Virus record (IMG/VR): IMGVR_UViG_3300031853_000025 | Span: 1-64,000 of that record | Origin: a virus | Taxonomy: Duplodnaviria > Caudoviricetes | DNA length: 64,000 bases | Strand: one strand, 5' to 3' | Shown: piece after piece, positions 1-9,809 of the stretch | Layout of the letters: each line of letters opens with the position of its first letter | Numbering within the stretch: position 1 is the first letter of the stretch | Program-made: the position numbers and the translations under genes | Notes under the pieces: model-generated | Seen by the model: only the letters and a program-made list of their open reading frames with translations | Databases searched by the model: none | Told to the model about the DNA's origin: nothing

Positions 1-118
1 GTTGACTTAATGTATGAGAATATTCTCCTCCAGTACTACCATTATTAAAGTTTACACCATAATCTGACATACCTTGGCCTATTAATACACGACCTGGGGT
101 GGGCGGTGGGGTAAAAAA
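1..118 (-). pseudogene. Headless fragment of a tail-fibre/baseplate tip coding sequence, running off the window edge
   Basis: Minus frame reads *FFTPPPTPGRVLIGQGMSDYGVNFNNGSTGGEYSHTLSQ. GRVLIG...TGGE..HTL is a typical phage fibre/baseplate C-terminal motif. In-frame TAA at 119-121 and no start codon before the motif. Confidence 0.5.
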
Positions 119-130
119 TTAAAAAGATTG

Positions 131-149
131 TATATTATATTTATGAATG
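131..149 (+). promoter_or_regulatory. Phage early-type promoter, copy 1
   Basis: TATATTATATTTATGAATG, then hairpins 147-167 and 181-208, SD AAGGAG 211-216 and ATG 226. Confidence 0.75.
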
Positions 150-225
150 GATGAAAGAAATATCCATAAATCAATTGTTTTGAGATTTATATAGAAGATC
201 TAATCTCAGGAAGGAGAAATGTATT

Positions 226-643
226 ATGAAAACGAAACATATTGTAAAAGAATACTATTGTGATGGTGAGAAAACGTTTTTGTATGCAGTTACTAGACTG
301 GTGGCTGTGCCAACAACTAAACTCGAAAAAGGCAGTAATTGATTTTAAGTATAATTCCATCAATGATCTTGGTGAATTAGACGAAGAGTTAATGATTAAA
401 GCATTGCCTAAAGGAAAGAAGCGCGAGAAAGCATTACAATTTGTAATGTTAATGTTTCCGGAGGTACTTAACTGTGAACTTCCCATACAGGCTCCGTCTA
501 ACTTACAGTTTATTGCTACAGCTGTAGCGATGAAAAAAGACGATATCAAAATGGCGAAGTGGAAGCGTCGTCATCATATTACCACACGGACAGAATATGT
601 TAATGGCGGCTTCATGTACACATGCTATGAATTTCAAGAATAA
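226..643 (+). pseudogene. Early-cassette gene with an apparent +1 frameshift (about 138 aa if repaired), function unknown
   Basis: The SD-led ORF 226-342 (MKTKHIVKEYYCDG...KLEKGSN*) joins the 260-643 frame (..KAVIDFKYNS..) if one base is removed at the A5 run 326-330. Confidence 0.55.
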
Positions 644-650
644 TATTTTA

Positions 651-677
651 GGAGAAGGCCAATCTCTAGCCTTCTCC
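651..677. terminator. Intrinsic terminator hairpin
   Basis: GGAGAAGGC/GCCTTCTCC stem followed by a T-rich tract. Confidence 0.75.
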
Positions 678-801
678 AAAATTTTATTTTTTGAAATATT
701 TGTCTTCAATATATTTTTTAGCTAGTATAAATAAATATTTAACTAGTCTGATACCATTAACTTTTATTTTTTGTAGCTTATGAAATTTATTAATTTTAAA
801 A

Positions 802-2031
802 TCAAGTATTGTCATTTTTATTTCCTTTAAATGGAAGATTATGGTTCAATACTGGATTATAGTCTAACTCGTTAAATCTTATGCTCTCAAATTGATTTAG
901 AGCTGCACTATCAAATTTATATCCTGTATCTAAAAATATTTCTTTAAATAGTTTCATTTCCATATGGCGTAATTCGCATTGATTTCGTAGTTTACTTTCT
1001 AAAGAACCTGCACAATGCTTACATGTTACCATACATTCAAAACAATGTAATGCGTGGCATGGTTTTCCTTTATACATCATACCACAGCTTGGAGGTTTAT
1101 TATAATCCGCTACGAAATTTTCCATTTTAGTTTTATCCAAGCCTTCATAGATATTACCAAAATTTGTATCTTCATCATGTACTTTAGAAATATCGTCTGA
1201 TAAAGAACACGGGAAAATTTCTCCCTGAGGATTAAAAAATAACGTAGCTCCTAGATGTCTACATGTTACCCATCTACGTCTACTTTGGAAATCCATCTTA
1301 ATATCATTATAGCACATATAAAGCATATTTTCAATATTAATTATATATTCTGCAATTTTATGCTCTCTAGCATATAAGAAAATTTTTCTAAGCTGTTCCT
1401 CAGTTTTTGAAATGAAATCATCTTCTTCAAAAACTTTCTCATCATTTATTACATAATATTCCCAGTGTTTGCAACCATTTTCAACTACGAATCTATAGTC
1501 ATCAAATAATTCATCTATAGTATCTCGTGTAGCAGCAGTTCTAATATTAATTCCTTCTCTATATTCGTTGCATAGTGTTCCTAAGTATTTTATATTTTTA
1601 TTAAAAAACTCATCATCATAAGCTTTATTTTTTACTAGTCTACTTCTTGATGCACTATGTAAACCATCCCATGAAAGATGAAAGAAATATGGTTCAATAT
1701 ATCCTTCATCCATAAGACCAATTAATTCTTTAAGTTTAGAACCATTGGTGAATACGTTATAGCAAAATTTGGTATCTTTATATCGTCTGACTTTATTAAT
1801 TTGCTTACATGCATTTCGTAATTCATCTACCGCTAAGCTAGGTTCTCCACCAGATAGCATAAATGAAACTCTTGGAGCTAACGGAAGTTTAATTAAAAAT
1901 TTATTTAACGCTTTATAATCAGTAAATTTTGTAGTTTCATTTTTTACATATTCATGCTGATAGCAATATTTACAATTTAGATTGCAAAAATTTGTCACAC
2001 GTAATCCAAGAACACTTATTTCATCATACAT
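802..2031 (-). CDS. Radical SAM/SPASM-domain enzyme C (409 aa)
   Basis: CNLNCKYC motif, SGGEP, C-terminal C...GEIFPC...CHALHCFECMVTC...C. Start reassigned to ATG 2031 behind SD GAGGAGG. Confidence 0.92.
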   Translation of the reverse strand: MYDEISVLGLRVTNFCNLNCKYCYQHEYVKNETTKFTDYKALNKFLIKLPLAPRVSFMLSGGEPSLAVDELRNACKQINKVRRYKDTKFCYNVFTNGSKLKELIGLMDEGYIEPYFFHLSWDGLHSASRSRLVKNKAYDDEFFNKNIKYLGTLCNEYREGINIRTAATRDTIDELFDDYRFVVENGCKHWEYYVINDEKVFEEDDFISKTEEQLRKIFLYAREHKIAEYIINIENMLYMCYNDIKMDFQSRRRWVTCRHLGATLFFNPQGEIFPCSLSDDISKVHDEDTNFGNIYEGLDKTKMENFVADYNKPPSCGMMYKGKPCHALHCFECMVTCKHCAGSLESKLRNQCELRHMEMKLFKEIFLDTGYKFDSAALNQFESIRFNELDYNPVLNHNLPFKGNKNDNT

Positions 2032-3334
2032 CGTCTTCCTCCTCTTTATCATCTTCTCCAGGTGTTGGAACTTCATTAACCGTCCCAAAAGGATAGACAT
2101 CAAATGTTTGAGTTTTAATTTCTCCATCTTTATACTCATTAACTTGTGCAGTTATAATACCATCAATAGAGAAATCTGGAGAGTTTTTAGTTTGTTGGTA
2201 ATCATTTTCATAATATGCCTTAAACAACTCTAAAGTTTCACTGTTATTATTAAACCAATCATCATAGTGTTTTAATGTTTTCTGAAATGATAATACGGAC
2301 GGTTCTTTGGAATTAAGTGTATTGATTATTTTTTCTTCATCACCAAGAACGAACTCTTTATCAATAATATTAATATTCGTCAATTTATCCGATGATTCTA
2401 GTAAATCAGTCATTTTTAATAAACGTCTTACACTAGCAGCATACATTTCAATCATGACTTTATCGTATACCATTAGCCCACTTAGCAATCTTCTCATATC
2501 TGATAAGCCGAGATTCGTATACTTAATAAGTAAATCAAGATATCTGCAAGCCGCATTGAAATCACGGCAAGCAAATGCCAATTCAAATTTAGTATTTAAA
2601 ATAGATACTTTAGCAATGCTGTAATCGCCATATTGAATATTGAATAAGTCTTCATCAATAGATGTAGAATTCAATGCAGTATATGCCGCATAATCAGAAG
2701 ACATTTCATCAGTCATTAATGTAATGCAATGAGCAAATACTTCAAGGTATTCATAATCAAGAATGTCTTTATCTACAATATCTTTATACTTAACTCTGCA
2801 AGAATCCAGATATTCTTTAATTGTGTTAAGATACTCTGGTGTAGATTTATCTTTAATCTTTCTACATAAAGTTTCTGTAGATGCAGTAATATATTTAAGA
2901 TGTACGTAAGAAGACATCTCTTTTAATTTATCCCATTCAATTGATTCATAATAATTTTTATAAATATTTTGGAATACTGGATACGTTCTATCATCATATG
3001 ACCAGTTGATAATATTAGACAAAATAAAGAGTCTAGTTTCTTCATCTTGTGTATAGTCATTATATAAAGCTAATAATTTCTCTTTATTATATGACACATC
3101 GGCACAAACTAATGTTTCAATCTGCATATTTTCTGGAATATATTTATCAATCATTAAATCTACTTCATCTAATATAAACCTAGTGTATTTAGTATTTAAT
3201 TTGTTTTCCCATGCTATAGCATCTACTAAAGAACTTACGCCAGTAAAAGACTCTCCGACTTTTTCAGTAATTAGTCTAAATTCATCTGAGTCTTTTACTA
3301 TTTTATATATTCTTTCTGGCAAATAATAAAGCAT
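2024..3334 (-). CDS. Alpha-helical partner protein 2 of the rSAM cluster (paralog of 5015-6196)
   Basis: 436 aa ORF, translationally coupled on both sides, alignable by eye with 5015-6196. Confidence 0.8.
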   Translation of the reverse strand: MLYYLPERIYKIVKDSDEFRLITEKVGESFTGVSSLVDAIAWENKLNTKYTRFILDEVDLMIDKYIPENMQIETLVCADVSYNKEKLLALYNDYTQDEETRLFILSNIINWSYDDRTYPVFQNIYKNYYESIEWDKLKEMSSYVHLKYITASTETLCRKIKDKSTPEYLNTIKEYLDSCRVKYKDIVDKDILDYEYLEVFAHCITLMTDEMSSDYAAYTALNSTSIDEDLFNIQYGDYSIAKVSILNTKFELAFACRDFNAACRYLDLLIKYTNLGLSDMRRLLSGLMVYDKVMIEMYAASVRRLLKMTDLLESSDKLTNINIIDKEFVLGDEEKIINTLNSKEPSVLSFQKTLKHYDDWFNNNSETLELFKAYYENDYQQTKNSPDFSIDGIITAQVNEYKDGEIKTQTFDVYPFGTVNEVPTPGEDDKEEEDDV

Positions 3335-4383
3335 TATTTCGCCCCCTTAGAGTTTATTGCAGTATATAAATTAACTTCAAAATTGTGATAGTCTTGAATG
3401 ATTTTATATAGTTTTTGGTATTCGCTAAATGTAAGCGAATCTAACCATTCAGTTATCGTTTCATAAATAATTTTAGCCATCTGACATGCAGCTTCCGTAT
3501 GCTTATACTTCCATTCATCTCCGAAGTATAAAACTCTTTCATACCGGCAGCCACCATCACATACACAGCTGTATTTACAATTCTTACAATCTTCTGATAA
3601 GCAAGGACGTTGTAGTTCTTCTTCACTAAAGTCTTTAACCTCTTGTGATAATGCGGTACAAAAACATTTTTTACCATATGGAGTAATTACTTCATATTTA
3701 CCAGCATCACAAGATGCATAATTTTTATCATTATTTAAAATAGCACTTATCCTATTTAAGTGCTCATAATATACATAATCTAAACTAAAAGTTTTTCTAT
3801 AATATTCTTTAAACTTCTTCAAATAATTTTCTGTATATACTTTTCTATGTGCAATAACAAACTCACCATGCACGTTAGGATACTTATTATGCAATTCGAC
3901 AAACGTTTTATGAATATCTGGGAAAATATCTATATTTTCATTTCCCACAACACATTTAATATCAAATACCAATCCTGTTTTAGCTGCATATAAAATATTA
4001 TCCCATACCGTTTTAGATATGGAATTACCAGAAACATCTACTCTATTCTTATCAGAAAATCCATCCCATGACAGTTGAATTTCATTGAGCGGATATTTCT
4101 TATTAAATTCTAAGAATTCTTTAAAATTAACAGATGTAGATGTAACTATTTGGAATTTAATTTTTCCATAATATTTCTTTACGGTTTCTTCTAATAAGTC
4201 TAATCGGACTAATGGCTCACCACCAAAGAAAATAATACGATCTGGTTTCTCTTCAGCAATGATTTTATCAATCTGCTCCATAGTCATAGATTTAGGATTT
4301 GCTCTACCCTTAATATAGCAATATTCACATCTATTAGGACACTGCTCTGTCAGCATTAAATATAGTTCTTTAAAACCAAACAT
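3334..4383 (-). CDS. Radical SAM/SPASM-domain enzyme B (about 349 aa)
   Basis: CPNRCEYC motif, FGGEP, C-terminal SCDAG...KCFC...CKNCKYSCVCDGGC...AC. ATG at 4383, alternative TTG at 4389. Confidence 0.92.
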   Translation of the reverse strand: MFGFKELYLMLTEQCPNRCEYCYIKGRANPKSMTMEQIDKIIAEEKPDRIIFFGGEPLVRLDLLEETVKKYYGKIKFQIVTSTSVNFKEFLEFNKKYPLNEIQLSWDGFSDKNRVDVSGNSISKTVWDNILYAAKTGLVFDIKCVVGNENIDIFPDIHKTFVELHNKYPNVHGEFVIAHRKVYTENYLKKFKEYYRKTFSLDYVYYEHLNRISAILNNDKNYASCDAGKYEVITPYGKKCFCTALSQEVKDFSEEELQRPCLSEDCKNCKYSCVCDGGCRYERVLYFGDEWKYKHTEAACQMAKIIYETITEWLDSLTFSEYQKLYKIIQDYHNFEVNLYTAINSKGAK

Positions 4384-4385
4384 AC

Positions 4386-4997
4386 TCAAATACCACAGTG
4401 CTGGTTATGACATGTGTTATGCTGACAGGATTGGCAAGCTAATTGGCAGGATTGCTGACAAGATACCTGACAACTACGAACGCACCAACCATTACCATCA
4501 AACCAACCCCAATATGTATTATTAAAATAATTAATCATAGTAATTGTATTTTGTCTGTAAATCTGCATCCAATCAGCTTTTAATTCTGGAGAAATGCGGA
4601 CATCTTGATATCTCCAAGTCTGACCAGCTGTAGAGAATGATGATCCGGCTTTAAATTCATCTTCAATATCATCAATAATACGTTTAAATGACGCATACTT
4701 AAATCCAGTTGTTTGAGCTTGACGTTCATTATCTAAAATGGTAACATCATTCCATGCAGTATTATAAGAATCAGCATCACCGACATCTTGTCTAAACCAT
4801 CTAAATGCCTGGTAACGGTTATTCCACATAGGTGGATTATCTTTAACGACATAAGCATCTCTATTTAAAGCCGACCATACGGTTTCAAAGGCTACGCTAA
4901 TTTGTCTTAATTTATTCCATAGTGTTCCATTAGCTAATTCTCCAACATTAATGCTGTCTGGGAAATTTAAATTTTTATTACCAATTCGTACTTGCAT
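4386..4997 (-). CDS. 203 aa protein with a C-terminal C-x3-C repeat (8 Cys); putative rSAM substrate 2
   Basis: Ends WFDGNGWCVRSCQVSCQQSCQLACQSCQHNTCHNQHCGI. Confidence 0.8.
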   Translation of the reverse strand: MQVRIGNKNLNFPDSINVGELANGTLWNKLRQISVAFETVWSALNRDAYVVKDNPPMWNNRYQAFRWFRQDVGDADSYNTAWNDVTILDNERQAQTTGFKYASFKRIIDDIEDEFKAGSSFSTAGQTWRYQDVRISPELKADWMQIYRQNTITMINYFNNTYWGWFDGNGWCVRSCQVSCQQSCQLACQSCQHNTCHNQHCGI

Positions 4998-5014
4998 TTT
5001 GTATAATCACCTCA

Positions 5015-6196
5015 TTATTCTAGAGTACTAATGTAGTCATTAATAACTCTTTTAGCATCTTCTATTACAGCTGTATTAGAAGACAATTCAACTAGCTCAT
5101 CTTCATGAGCTATTAACCATCGTTCAATATACTTATTATACTTGCTTAAAGTCAATTTGTCAAATGTGTAATTAAATCTAGATTTAGAAATAAAATTATC
5201 GCTATTTAAAAAGATTTCATCTGATAATTTTAGATTTACTAGTTTAAAATTTAGCTTATTTTGAAATACATTTTTCAAATGATTCAATCTAATTATGCTC
5301 GTAGCAAAAGAATAAATATTAAATTTATTATAATATCTTAATCCATTAAATAGCTGCGTTAAATCAGCCAATGCGTTATCTGTATATCTAAAAATCTTAT
5401 ATAGCATTAAGAAGAAATTATTATAGTCTTTATTATTTAAATACACTTCAGCGATTTCTTCAAATAGCCAAATAACTCCCATAGAATAGTATTTATTGTC
5501 AAAATCTAGTTTTTCTACATCTGTATCTATTGTAGTAATAATTTCTTGCATATCATCTGTAGATAATTTATTCTCTAATAGACACAAATAACTAGCTTGG
5601 ATTTCTAAGAAGTCATTATTTATTGTATCTGTGCTAACGATATAGGGTTGCAAATCAGTCTTTAATTTTTTATAGTCATCCATAAATGTATTATAATCTG
5701 CAATGCTAAACGTATGAGTCTTATTCTTTAGATAAGAATAATATAGATTATATGCATAGATTTCATAGTAAGTCACATGAATGTATTTAGGCAAGTCCGA
5801 TTTATTTTTATAATTTTCATAAATATAGCAAAACATGCTAATGTATTTATAATAGATTCCATCGTTCATACCATATGTAAGAATCTTATCAAGAATTAGA
5901 AGCTGTTCTTTTTCATTTGTTATTCCCTGAAGCATACTTGTAAGTGTTTCAAGAGAAATATCAGTCGTAGAATAATAAATAATCTTATACAAATCAAGAT
6001 TTGTTTCTTTAATCTTTTCAGTCATTTTATCAAAGTATGTTCTTACGTCTTCACGATTACGTAAATCATAGAAAATCTTTAATTCCAATTCTATTGAATC
6101 AGCGTAATAGTTATCTGATATAGTACGATAGATTTCTTGGAACTCTGGATCATCTTTCAAGTATTCATATAATTCATCAATCAAGTATAATTTCAA
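5015..6196 (-). CDS. Alpha-helical partner protein 1 of the rSAM cluster
   Basis: 393 aa ORF with an SD, colinear similarity to 2024-3334. Confidence 0.8.
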   Translation of the reverse strand: MKLYLIDELYEYLKDDPEFQEIYRTISDNYYADSIELELKIFYDLRNREDVRTYFDKMTEKIKETNLDLYKIIYYSTTDISLETLTSMLQGITNEKEQLLILDKILTYGMNDGIYYKYISMFCYIYENYKNKSDLPKYIHVTYYEIYAYNLYYSYLKNKTHTFSIADYNTFMDDYKKLKTDLQPYIVSTDTINNDFLEIQASYLCLLENKLSTDDMQEIITTIDTDVEKLDFDNKYYSMGVIWLFEEIAEVYLNNKDYNNFFLMLYKIFRYTDNALADLTQLFNGLRYYNKFNIYSFATSIIRLNHLKNVFQNKLNFKLVNLKLSDEIFLNSDNFISKSRFNYTFDKLTLSKYNKYIERWLIAHEDELVELSSNTAVIEDAKRVINDYISTLE

Positions 6197-7762
6197 TTAT
6201 ACCCACCCCCCACTATTTTGATTGTGAGCTGTGTAATACTGACAATCTTGACATGCTACCTGACAAGAACTTTGGCAAGAAACCTGACAGCTTCTTGCAC
6301 ATAAATCATTTTCATCCCAGAAATTATTCTTATTATTAAATACAGTATTGATAGCTTTTAGATTTGAAATAATATTATTAAAAAGAGATTTGCCTATAGT
6401 ATCTCCAGCAGCTAGTAGTCTAAACTGGTTAAATGAATCAATTTCATTATAATCACCATAATAGACTCCTACTGCACCATGATTAGCTTTTAATTCATAT
6501 TCAGTACCATTTTCATCTAATGTAATTTTCCCACCATCACCAACTTTAACTTCAAATTGTTGACCTGGGAAACAATCAATAATCTTAGTCACAACCTTAC
6601 CATCATCAGCAACACTTGTTCCGTATGTATTATTAATAAATCCACGGCCAACTGTGCCAAATTCATTAAAGAAAGATAAATTATGACCACTTGAAGTAAT
6701 CTCTTTTAAGATTACTTCATCTTTATCATTTTTATATTTACCGCCTTCAGCTACTACAGTGTCAAAACTGCTTTGTTCACCGTTGGCTCCATCAGGAAAA
6801 TCTTTCGTTGATTTATAACGGGTCTTATCAATATATATAGCTCCACCACCAACAACAAATACAGAAATCTTTTTAATACCACCCGGTACTGTAAAAGTGT
6901 ATGTTCCTGGCTGGGTATATACCTTATCAAACCCATATTTAGATTTATCTCCACCCTTGACATATGCGATATATACAAAACCGCCAGATGGAATTTTATT
7001 AATGTCTGTATATTTAGCTGGATTAGCTGCTTTACCAACTTTAACTGAATACCCAGTGTTTTCATTTACATTTAAGATTGCATGGATAAATTCTCCATGC
7101 TCTCCACTATTATACTCTACGTCATTATACTGAAGTGTATTTGTCTTTAACCAAGAAATACTACGTTCTGGTCTACCATAATACCCTTCAATCATTTCAT
7201 ATAAACTAAGGCTATACCCTGAGGTAAATGCTAATGCATTTTTCGTGTATTTGCCTACACCACCTGCGGCAATAACCCCTTCAAAAAATGATTCAGAACC
7301 ATCAAACTTTTCAGCTAGTCCACCACCGGCCCCACATACACCAAGAATTACACTTTTGCAACCTTTAGGGGTTACAAAAGTATAGTTTCCTGGCTGTGTA
7401 TATGCTTTAAATTCAAGATTACCAATGGTTTCATCATAACCATATAAATCAGATAATGCTTTATTCATATTAGAAATAATATAGTTAAAATCTTTAGCTA
7501 GTAATGGGTTATTAATAATAGCAGACGACTTATAACGGTCGTCTTCGCTTGTTCTTTCATATGGGTAATAACGATTTACTTTATTATCTGGATTACCATA
7601 TCCAGAAATGACTTGTTTAAATCCTTTAGCCTCTCCTAGATTTTGATTAATAGCATTTACCAATGCATCTAAGAAAGACTTCTTTACCGGAGTCACATTA
7701 TCTGTGATTTCATCCGGAATTGTATATGAGACATGTTTGCCTCGTTTAACGTTTATCGGCAT
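6197..7762 (-). CDS. 521 aa tail-fibre-like protein with two Gly-rich domains and a C-terminal C-x3-C repeat (6 Cys); putative rSAM substrate 1
   Basis: Two YTQPG(N/T)YTF(V/T)(T/V)P.G...GGG domains. Ends FWDENDLCARSCQVSCQSSCQVACQDCQYYTAHNQNSGGWV. Confidence 0.8.
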   Translation of the reverse strand: MPINVKRGKHVSYTIPDEITDNVTPVKKSFLDALVNAINQNLGEAKGFKQVISGYGNPDNKVNRYYPYERTSEDDRYKSSAIINNPLLAKDFNYIISNMNKALSDLYGYDETIGNLEFKAYTQPGNYTFVTPKGCKSVILGVCGAGGGLAEKFDGSESFFEGVIAAGGVGKYTKNALAFTSGYSLSLYEMIEGYYGRPERSISWLKTNTLQYNDVEYNSGEHGEFIHAILNVNENTGYSVKVGKAANPAKYTDINKIPSGGFVYIAYVKGGDKSKYGFDKVYTQPGTYTFTVPGGIKKISVFVVGGGAIYIDKTRYKSTKDFPDGANGEQSSFDTVVAEGGKYKNDKDEVILKEITSSGHNLSFFNEFGTVGRGFINNTYGTSVADDGKVVTKIIDCFPGQQFEVKVGDGGKITLDENGTEYELKANHGAVGVYYGDYNEIDSFNQFRLLAAGDTIGKSLFNNIISNLKAINTVFNNKNNFWDENDLCARSCQVSCQSSCQVACQDCQYYTAHNQNSGGWV

Positions 7763-9140
7763 CAGACTCGTTCCCTTCGTCTGTGAATTTAATCTTAGAA
7801 CCGATAGCAGCTGCCATAATAGCTAAAATCTTACTAAGATCTTCACTAAAATAATCTTTAAATGAAGGCAAGAGATTCCCATTCACTTCAACATTTTTTA
7901 CTAATTCGCTAAAGTGATTTAGCTTAAACATGAAATCTCTATCAAGCGGCCCAGATTCTTTCAATACATTATCGAAGTAATCTTTAATCTTAAGATTTTC
8001 AATTAGTACATTGATTTCTCTAGACCTAATATTTGTAGCTTTAAGAAGCTTTTCTCTAAACTTTTGAATTTCTTCATAATACATAATTTCCAACTTGCAA
8101 TATGCATCAGTTGGTTTAAAGAATGTATTATTAGCATAGAAATTCTGGTAAGGACAACCAGACTTACAGCTGTATTTAGCTGGGCAATCTTTACATTCTG
8201 GTTTATCAAAAGTAGCTTTCATTGATTCTTTACGAATTTTATCTACATCTACACCAGTAAAGAAGTTTCCAATCTTTAATTTCTTTAGTGCTTCATTGTC
8301 TGTAGTTGGGAAATCTGGGCATGGCCATACATCACCATTCCAATCGACGACTACCCAACGTGTACTAGCAATATTACACATTTTATCATAATCACCGTTA
8401 GGAGATAATACATTGGTTAATGCATCGTCTACTTTACGGATACTAATATTTCGCTTATTATTTTCATCATTTAGAATATCAATATACATATTTAATGTAT
8501 CACTATAAGCTTTACGTAATTCTTCTACCGCTTCGTCTGACCATTCTAAATCAGATGCGGCTACAGGGCAAATATTATTAATGCCCATATCAATAAACAT
8601 CTTTACACTATCAGCCATATACTTAGCTGTTTCAGGTGTAACAGTCATACGGACTTCAATCAAATGAGAAAGTCCACGATCAATAACCTTATGAATATTT
8701 TCCATAACGACATCAAAAGATCCACAACGATGAGCGTTGTGGGCTTCTTTATTTCCGTCAACTGACGTTAAAAGAAAAATATCATTATCATCAATATAGT
8801 CAAGCATTTCATCAGTCATCATTGTCATATTGGTCGTAATACCAATAGCAAAATCTAAATGCTCTTTATTCTTAAAATCACAAATATGTTTAATTACAGG
8901 CCAAGCTAACATTGGTTCTCCACCAAAGAGATTGACTGTAAATTTATTCTCACCATAAACTTCTTTTGGAAGCTTACGATACGTTCTACGAATAATTTCT
9001 TCAGCTGTTTCTTTAAGAATGTAGTCTTTACCCTTGTTGGTTTCAAAACAATAATCACACCTGAGATTGCAATTATTGGTAAGCAAGATAGTAACAGAAT
9101 CTACAGCTGTATATACGTCTTTAAATTGTTTAATATTCAT
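7746..9140 (-). CDS. Radical SAM/SPASM-domain enzyme A (464 aa)
   Basis: CNLRCDYC, FGGEP, SPASM C...GDVWPC...CKDCPAKYSCKSGCP...YC. Start at ATG 9140 behind SD AAAGGAG. Confidence 0.93.
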   Translation of the reverse strand: MNIKQFKDVYTAVDSVTILLTNNCNLRCDYCFETNKGKDYILKETAEEIIRRTYRKLPKEVYGENKFTVNLFGGEPMLAWPVIKHICDFKNKEHLDFAIGITTNMTMMTDEMLDYIDDNDIFLLTSVDGNKEAHNAHRCGSFDVVMENIHKVIDRGLSHLIEVRMTVTPETAKYMADSVKMFIDMGINNICPVAASDLEWSDEAVEELRKAYSDTLNMYIDILNDENNKRNISIRKVDDALTNVLSPNGDYDKMCNIASTRWVVVDWNGDVWPCPDFPTTDNEALKKLKIGNFFTGVDVDKIRKESMKATFDKPECKDCPAKYSCKSGCPYQNFYANNTFFKPTDAYCKLEIMYYEEIQKFREKLLKATNIRSREINVLIENLKIKDYFDNVLKESGPLDRDFMFKLNHFSELVKNVEVNGNLLPSFKDYFSEDLSKILAIMAAAIGSKIKFTDEGNESDADKR

Positions 9141-9163
9141 TTTTAACGCTCCTTTGAAAAATT

Positions 9164-9775
9164 TTATCGTAGGGCAGCACCAGTATATTGCCAAGCATTA
9201 TTAACCCAAAATTTTACATAAAGCGCATTGGTATCAAACCAAATTTCTTTCTTTTCTTTTGGACTGCTTGGGGCAGATGGCCCAATAGTAATACGAATTC
9301 CACCAACTGTAACAGAATCACCTGCTCTAGTTGCATAATCCGCATTATTAGCGTGAGTTGCATTTGTAGCATTATCAGCATTAACTGCATGGTTAGAATT
9401 GTTTGCTGTATCTGAATATGCAATTGCTGATGGTAGATCTTTAAGATCATTATAAGAACCTGAGAAAGCAACTTTTTTCAGTGTAGCTTTCCAGTTATTA
9501 AAATCTGATGTTAGTAAGCGTTGAGCGATAAGATCCATGATAGTCTTACCAGCATCTTCGTAGTTACCAACGATCGCTTTAAATCGTTTATCAGTGTAAG
9601 TATTTGATTTCTGCTCTACAGAGTTCCAATAAGTACGTTCTGCGGCAGTAATGTGAATATTATTATTAGAAATATGCTTATTAAAATCATCATTATTTAC
9701 TTTCCGATTTAACATGTCTTGTAGACTTGGTGCTAATTCAGCATAAGTAACTTTGTTTTCTTTATTAAAAGCCAT
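9164..9775 (-). CDS. Short tail-fibre-like virion protein, first gene of the rSAM operon
   Basis: Shares the N-terminal ELAPSL...HISNNNIHITAAERTYWN motif with neighbouring fibre genes. Also has NA(D/T)xA repeats and a GPSAPS..EIWFDT tip. Confidence 0.7.
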   Translation of the reverse strand: MAFNKENKVTYAELAPSLQDMLNRKVNNDDFNKHISNNNIHITAAERTYWNSVEQKSNTYTDKRFKAIVGNYEDAGKTIMDLIAQRLLTSDFNNWKATLKKVAFSGSYNDLKDLPSAIAYSDTANNSNHAVNADNATNATHANNADYATRAGDSVTVGGIRITIGPSAPSSPKEKKEIWFDTNALYVKFWVNNAWQYTGAALR

Positions 9776-9809
9776 AACTTTTTAACCTCCTATTAGATAT
9801 AAATGGATT

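Noticed and set aside
7746-9194. Track start sites at 9194 (also 2139, 9878, 13256, 30270, 31945, 41557, 48371, 49498)
   Set aside because: Downstream starts have clear SD sequences, and the extensions overlap neighbours, SDs or terminators. Starts were reassigned.
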